From contig CAZPLO010000018.1 of NCBI GenBank assembly GCA_964587725.1, positions 1 to 26,356 on the forward strand: a DNA stretch of 26,356 nucleotides. The letters run 5' to 3'. How positions within the stretch are numbered: position 1 is the stretch's first letter; every line of letters begins with the position of its first letter. Below, one piece after another: positions 24,235 to 26,356 of the stretch. The position numbers and the translations under genes are program-made. The stretch is from an uncultured archaeon (GTDB taxonomy: Archaea > Altiarchaeota > Altiarchaeia > IMC4 > SCGC-AAA252-I15). The notes beneath the pieces were generated by a model that ran no database searches, was not told where the DNA came from, and saw nothing but the letters and a program-made list of their open reading frames with translations.

Positions 24235-25024
24235 CCTCTACGGGGGGGTCCACGCCCAACCATATCCTCAGGGCTTCGGCGCCCTGGTGGACGAGCATGC
24301 CGACTCCGCTGACGGTCTTGCAGCCTTTTTCACCCGCCTCCCGGAGCAGTTTCGTCTCCACAGGATTATACACTATGTCGACCACCGTCAGCGCGGGGTG
24401 CAGTATCCTCGGCGGCACCGGCGTCTTGTCGGTGTGTGGGTGCATGCCCACGGGGGTGGCGTTCACCAGCACGTCCACGTTCTTCATAACCTCCTCCATC
24501 TTTTCCAGCTGAAGCGGTTCCACGCGGACGCCGGTCTTCTTCATCACGTCCTCCGCCACCTTCTTGCACTTCACCCGGTCCACGTCGAAGTTGTATACGC
24601 GGGCCTTTTCCATCGCCAGCTTATACACCAGCGCACGCCCCGCGCCGCCGGAGCCGAGCACCAGGAAGGTTTCATCCAGTACGTCGACGTCCGCCTCCTC
24701 CAGGCACTTCATGAAACCGAGGACGTCTGTGTTGTGGCCTATCAGTTTGCCGTCGCTGAATTCTACGGTGTTCACAGCCCCTATTATTTCCGCGTCCGTC
24801 CCAAGTTCGTTCAAGTGTTTTATCACAGCCACCTTCAACGGTATCGTCACATTCAATCCGCGGAACCGGGCGTTCTCCATGAACAGCCTCAGTTCACTCT
24901 CTTCCACGTCGAACAAACCGTAGGTGTAGTCGAGTCCGAGTTTTTCGAACGCGGCCTCGTGCATGACCCTGCTCATGCTGTGGCTCACCGGATGCCCTAT
25001 CAGTCCGAAGTCGGTCATCTTCAA
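24197..25024 (-). CDS. aroE: Shikimate dehydrogenase
   Basis: GHPVSHSMS..MH, NVTIPLK, GAVNT, NTDV.GF, GSGGAGRA, NATPVGM, DIVYNP.ET.LL, G.GMLVHQGA. Start is TTG 25024 or ATG 25018. Confidence 0.95.
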   Translation of the reverse strand: MKMTDFGLIGHPVSHSMSRVMHEAAFEKLGLDYTYGLFDVEESELRLFMENARFRGLNVTIPLKVAVIKHLNELGTDAEIIGAVNTVEFSDGKLIGHNTDVLGFMKCLEEADVDVLDETFLVLGSGGAGRALVYKLAMEKARVYNFDVDRVKCKKVAEDVMKKTGVRVEPLQLEKMEEVMKNVDVLVNATPVGMHPHTDKTPVPPRILHPALTVVDIVYNPVETKLLREAGEKGCKTVSGVGMLVHQGAEALRIWLGVDPPVEVMREAVLNELRD

Positions 25025-26196
25025 ATCAGCGTCGCAATGTATGGGAGGGCGATGAACGTCCCCAAGGTACTGCCTATATTAGCGAAGGCCACTATTAAAA
25101 TCACCCTGGTGACGCGGTTGCGCCAGTAGTCGGATGTCTTCTTCAGCATCATCAGGTTCTGGAAGTCCGACACCCTCGGCTTCCGCAGCTTCAACTCCAC
25201 GTACCCTGCAACCCACCCCGCCGCAACCGCGGGGTTCAGGGACGTGAACGGCGCCGCCAGGAACGCCGCGCCGACTGAAAACGGGTGTCCGAACGCCAGA
25301 GCCACGCCCAGGGCGGACAACGTTCCGTTTATCAGAAACCATTTCATGAGCATGTCCAATGTTACTGCGCCGCCGTGCTGTATGAAACCCCATATGATGA
25401 GGAGTGCAAACAACGCCGGAATCCCGTACGCTACTAAATTTATTTTTTTCCGGCTGACACCCTTTATCTCAACACCCTCCATGCTGTGGCTGTACCTGAC
25501 CACAGTATCCGCGCCTTCCATTTCACGCAGGTGTTTTTTGATGCCCTCCACGTGCCCCGCCCCCACCACAGCCAGTATCCTTTTGGCGTCCGCGGCGTAA
25601 ATGGATTCCGCAATGTATCTGTCGCGCTCGTCCACCAGCACCTGTTTTATCGACGGCGTCTCGAGGCTTAATTCCTCCATCAGCTCGGTGAGGACGTCCT
25701 TCTCCTTCATCTTCTCAACCAATTCCTCGTCTATTCCCTCGCCCTCTATGAACCCGCCTATGAAACCGTACAGGAGCTTCGCCTTCTCCTTCACGGACAT
25801 CAAGTCCATGGCCCTCTTTAAGGTGACGCCGATGTCCCGGTCAGCCAAAACAACACGTATGTTTTTTCCCTCGGCCTGTTCGACAGCCTTCATCATCTCC
25901 GCGCCGGGCTTCACACCCAAGTCCTCCCCTATCTTCCGCTGGAAGTTGCTGAGCATAATCTGCAGCAGAAACAGGTACACCTTGTCCGACGATATTACGT
26001 CGGTTATCTCGGTGTCCTCCCACCGCCGCTCGTTCTTCAACGCGTCATAACGCTGCCTGCACAGTTCCACTGCCACCGCATCCGGCTCATACTCCTCAAT
26101 GGCTTCTTCCACGGCGCGGACGCTGCGGTCGCTGACGTGAGCCGTCCCCACGACATAAACTATCTTATCCCCTAACGCAACTTCCTCGGCAGGCAT
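25021..26196 (-). CDS. TraB/PrgY/GumN-family protein with C-terminal TM helices
   Basis: VGTAHVS..S, VAVELC..R, KPGAEM, LADRDI..TL.RA, LVDERD.YIA, VVGAGH..GI, APFTSLNP, ANIGS.LGT. Confidence 0.9.
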   Translation of the reverse strand: MPAEEVALGDKIVYVVGTAHVSDRSVRAVEEAIEEYEPDAVAVELCRQRYDALKNERRWEDTEITDVISSDKVYLFLLQIMLSNFQRKIGEDLGVKPGAEMMKAVEQAEGKNIRVVLADRDIGVTLKRAMDLMSVKEKAKLLYGFIGGFIEGEGIDEELVEKMKEKDVLTELMEELSLETPSIKQVLVDERDRYIAESIYAADAKRILAVVGAGHVEGIKKHLREMEGADTVVRYSHSMEGVEIKGVSRKKINLVAYGIPALFALLIIWGFIQHGGAVTLDMLMKWFLINGTLSALGVALAFGHPFSVGAAFLAAPFTSLNPAVAAGWVAGYVELKLRKPRVSDFQNLMMLKKTSDYWRNRVTRVILIVAFANIGSTLGTFIALPYIATLI

Positions 26197-26197
26197 C

Positions 26198-26356
26198 CTA
26201 TTTGCAGTCGTTCGCGAACCCGGTCATCTGCGACAGAACCGTCATGGAGGCGCGGCCGGTGAGCACCTGCATCTCCCCCGTCCTCGGGCACAGCAGCTTC
26301 GGGCACTCCCCGAACACAGGATTGCCTTCGCTGTACTGGCCGTAGAAGCACTCCAT
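26198..26356 (-). CDS. Partial CDS (3' end of an upstream gene) or small Cys-containing protein
   Basis: Open frame from the window edge, MECFYGQYSEGNPVFGECPKLLCPRTGEMQ...FANDCK, with TAG ending 1 nt before the TraB ATG. Confidence 0.55.
   Translation of the reverse strand: MECFYGQYSEGNPVFGECPKLLCPRTGEMQVLTGRASMTVLSQMTGFANDCK

Noticed and set aside
24080-25129. Long opposite-strand ORFs (349 aa here; also 4480-5325, 12289-13044, 2769-3449, 5775-6461)
   Set aside because: They lie antisense to well-supported genes, have no recognisable motifs, and are expected in GC-rich coding DNA.
25021-26196. TraB as evidence of a conjugative element
   Set aside because: This is the TraB/PrgY/GumN family, common on archaeal chromosomes; no mobile-element genes are nearby.

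Overview
Densely packed, GC-rich archaeal chromosome segment. Evidence for an archaeon: archaeal-type SRP54, TATA-like boxes about 20-27 nt upstream of apparently leaderless starts, GGTG/GGAGG SD motifs and T-rich terminators. The Thr-rich, Cys-motif and pilin-like surface proteins suggest a DPANN/Ca. Altiarchaeota-like lineage, which is an inference only. Contents in order: (1) a bacterial-style tetrahydrofolate/one-carbon/purine cluster (glyA-folD-purH, fhs-folC, purN), with an unexplained ~105-nt structured element between purH and fhs and a Thr/Cys-rich lipoprotein gene inserted before purN; (2) a polyprenol-kinase-like gene divergent from a GT2 / membrane-anchored CxxC protein / GT2 module, followed by srp54; (3) a minimal nucleotidyltransferase, a SAM methyltransferase and a ParB/Srx-like DGHH protein; (4) a cupin, a GH130 fused to a winged helix, and a GT4/(alpha/alpha)6 fusion; (5) a poly-Cys lipopeptide behind a strong leader hairpin, a MarC gene lacking a canonical start, a pilin-like lipoprotein, a membrane-anchored ArsR regulator with an upstream palindrome, and DUF192; (6) aroD-larB-TPR-larC converging on aroE and a TraB-family gene. 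I saw no rRNA, tRNA, CRISPR array or transposase. All family calls come from reading motifs by eye; no database search was run. Several starts were moved relative to the ORF track.
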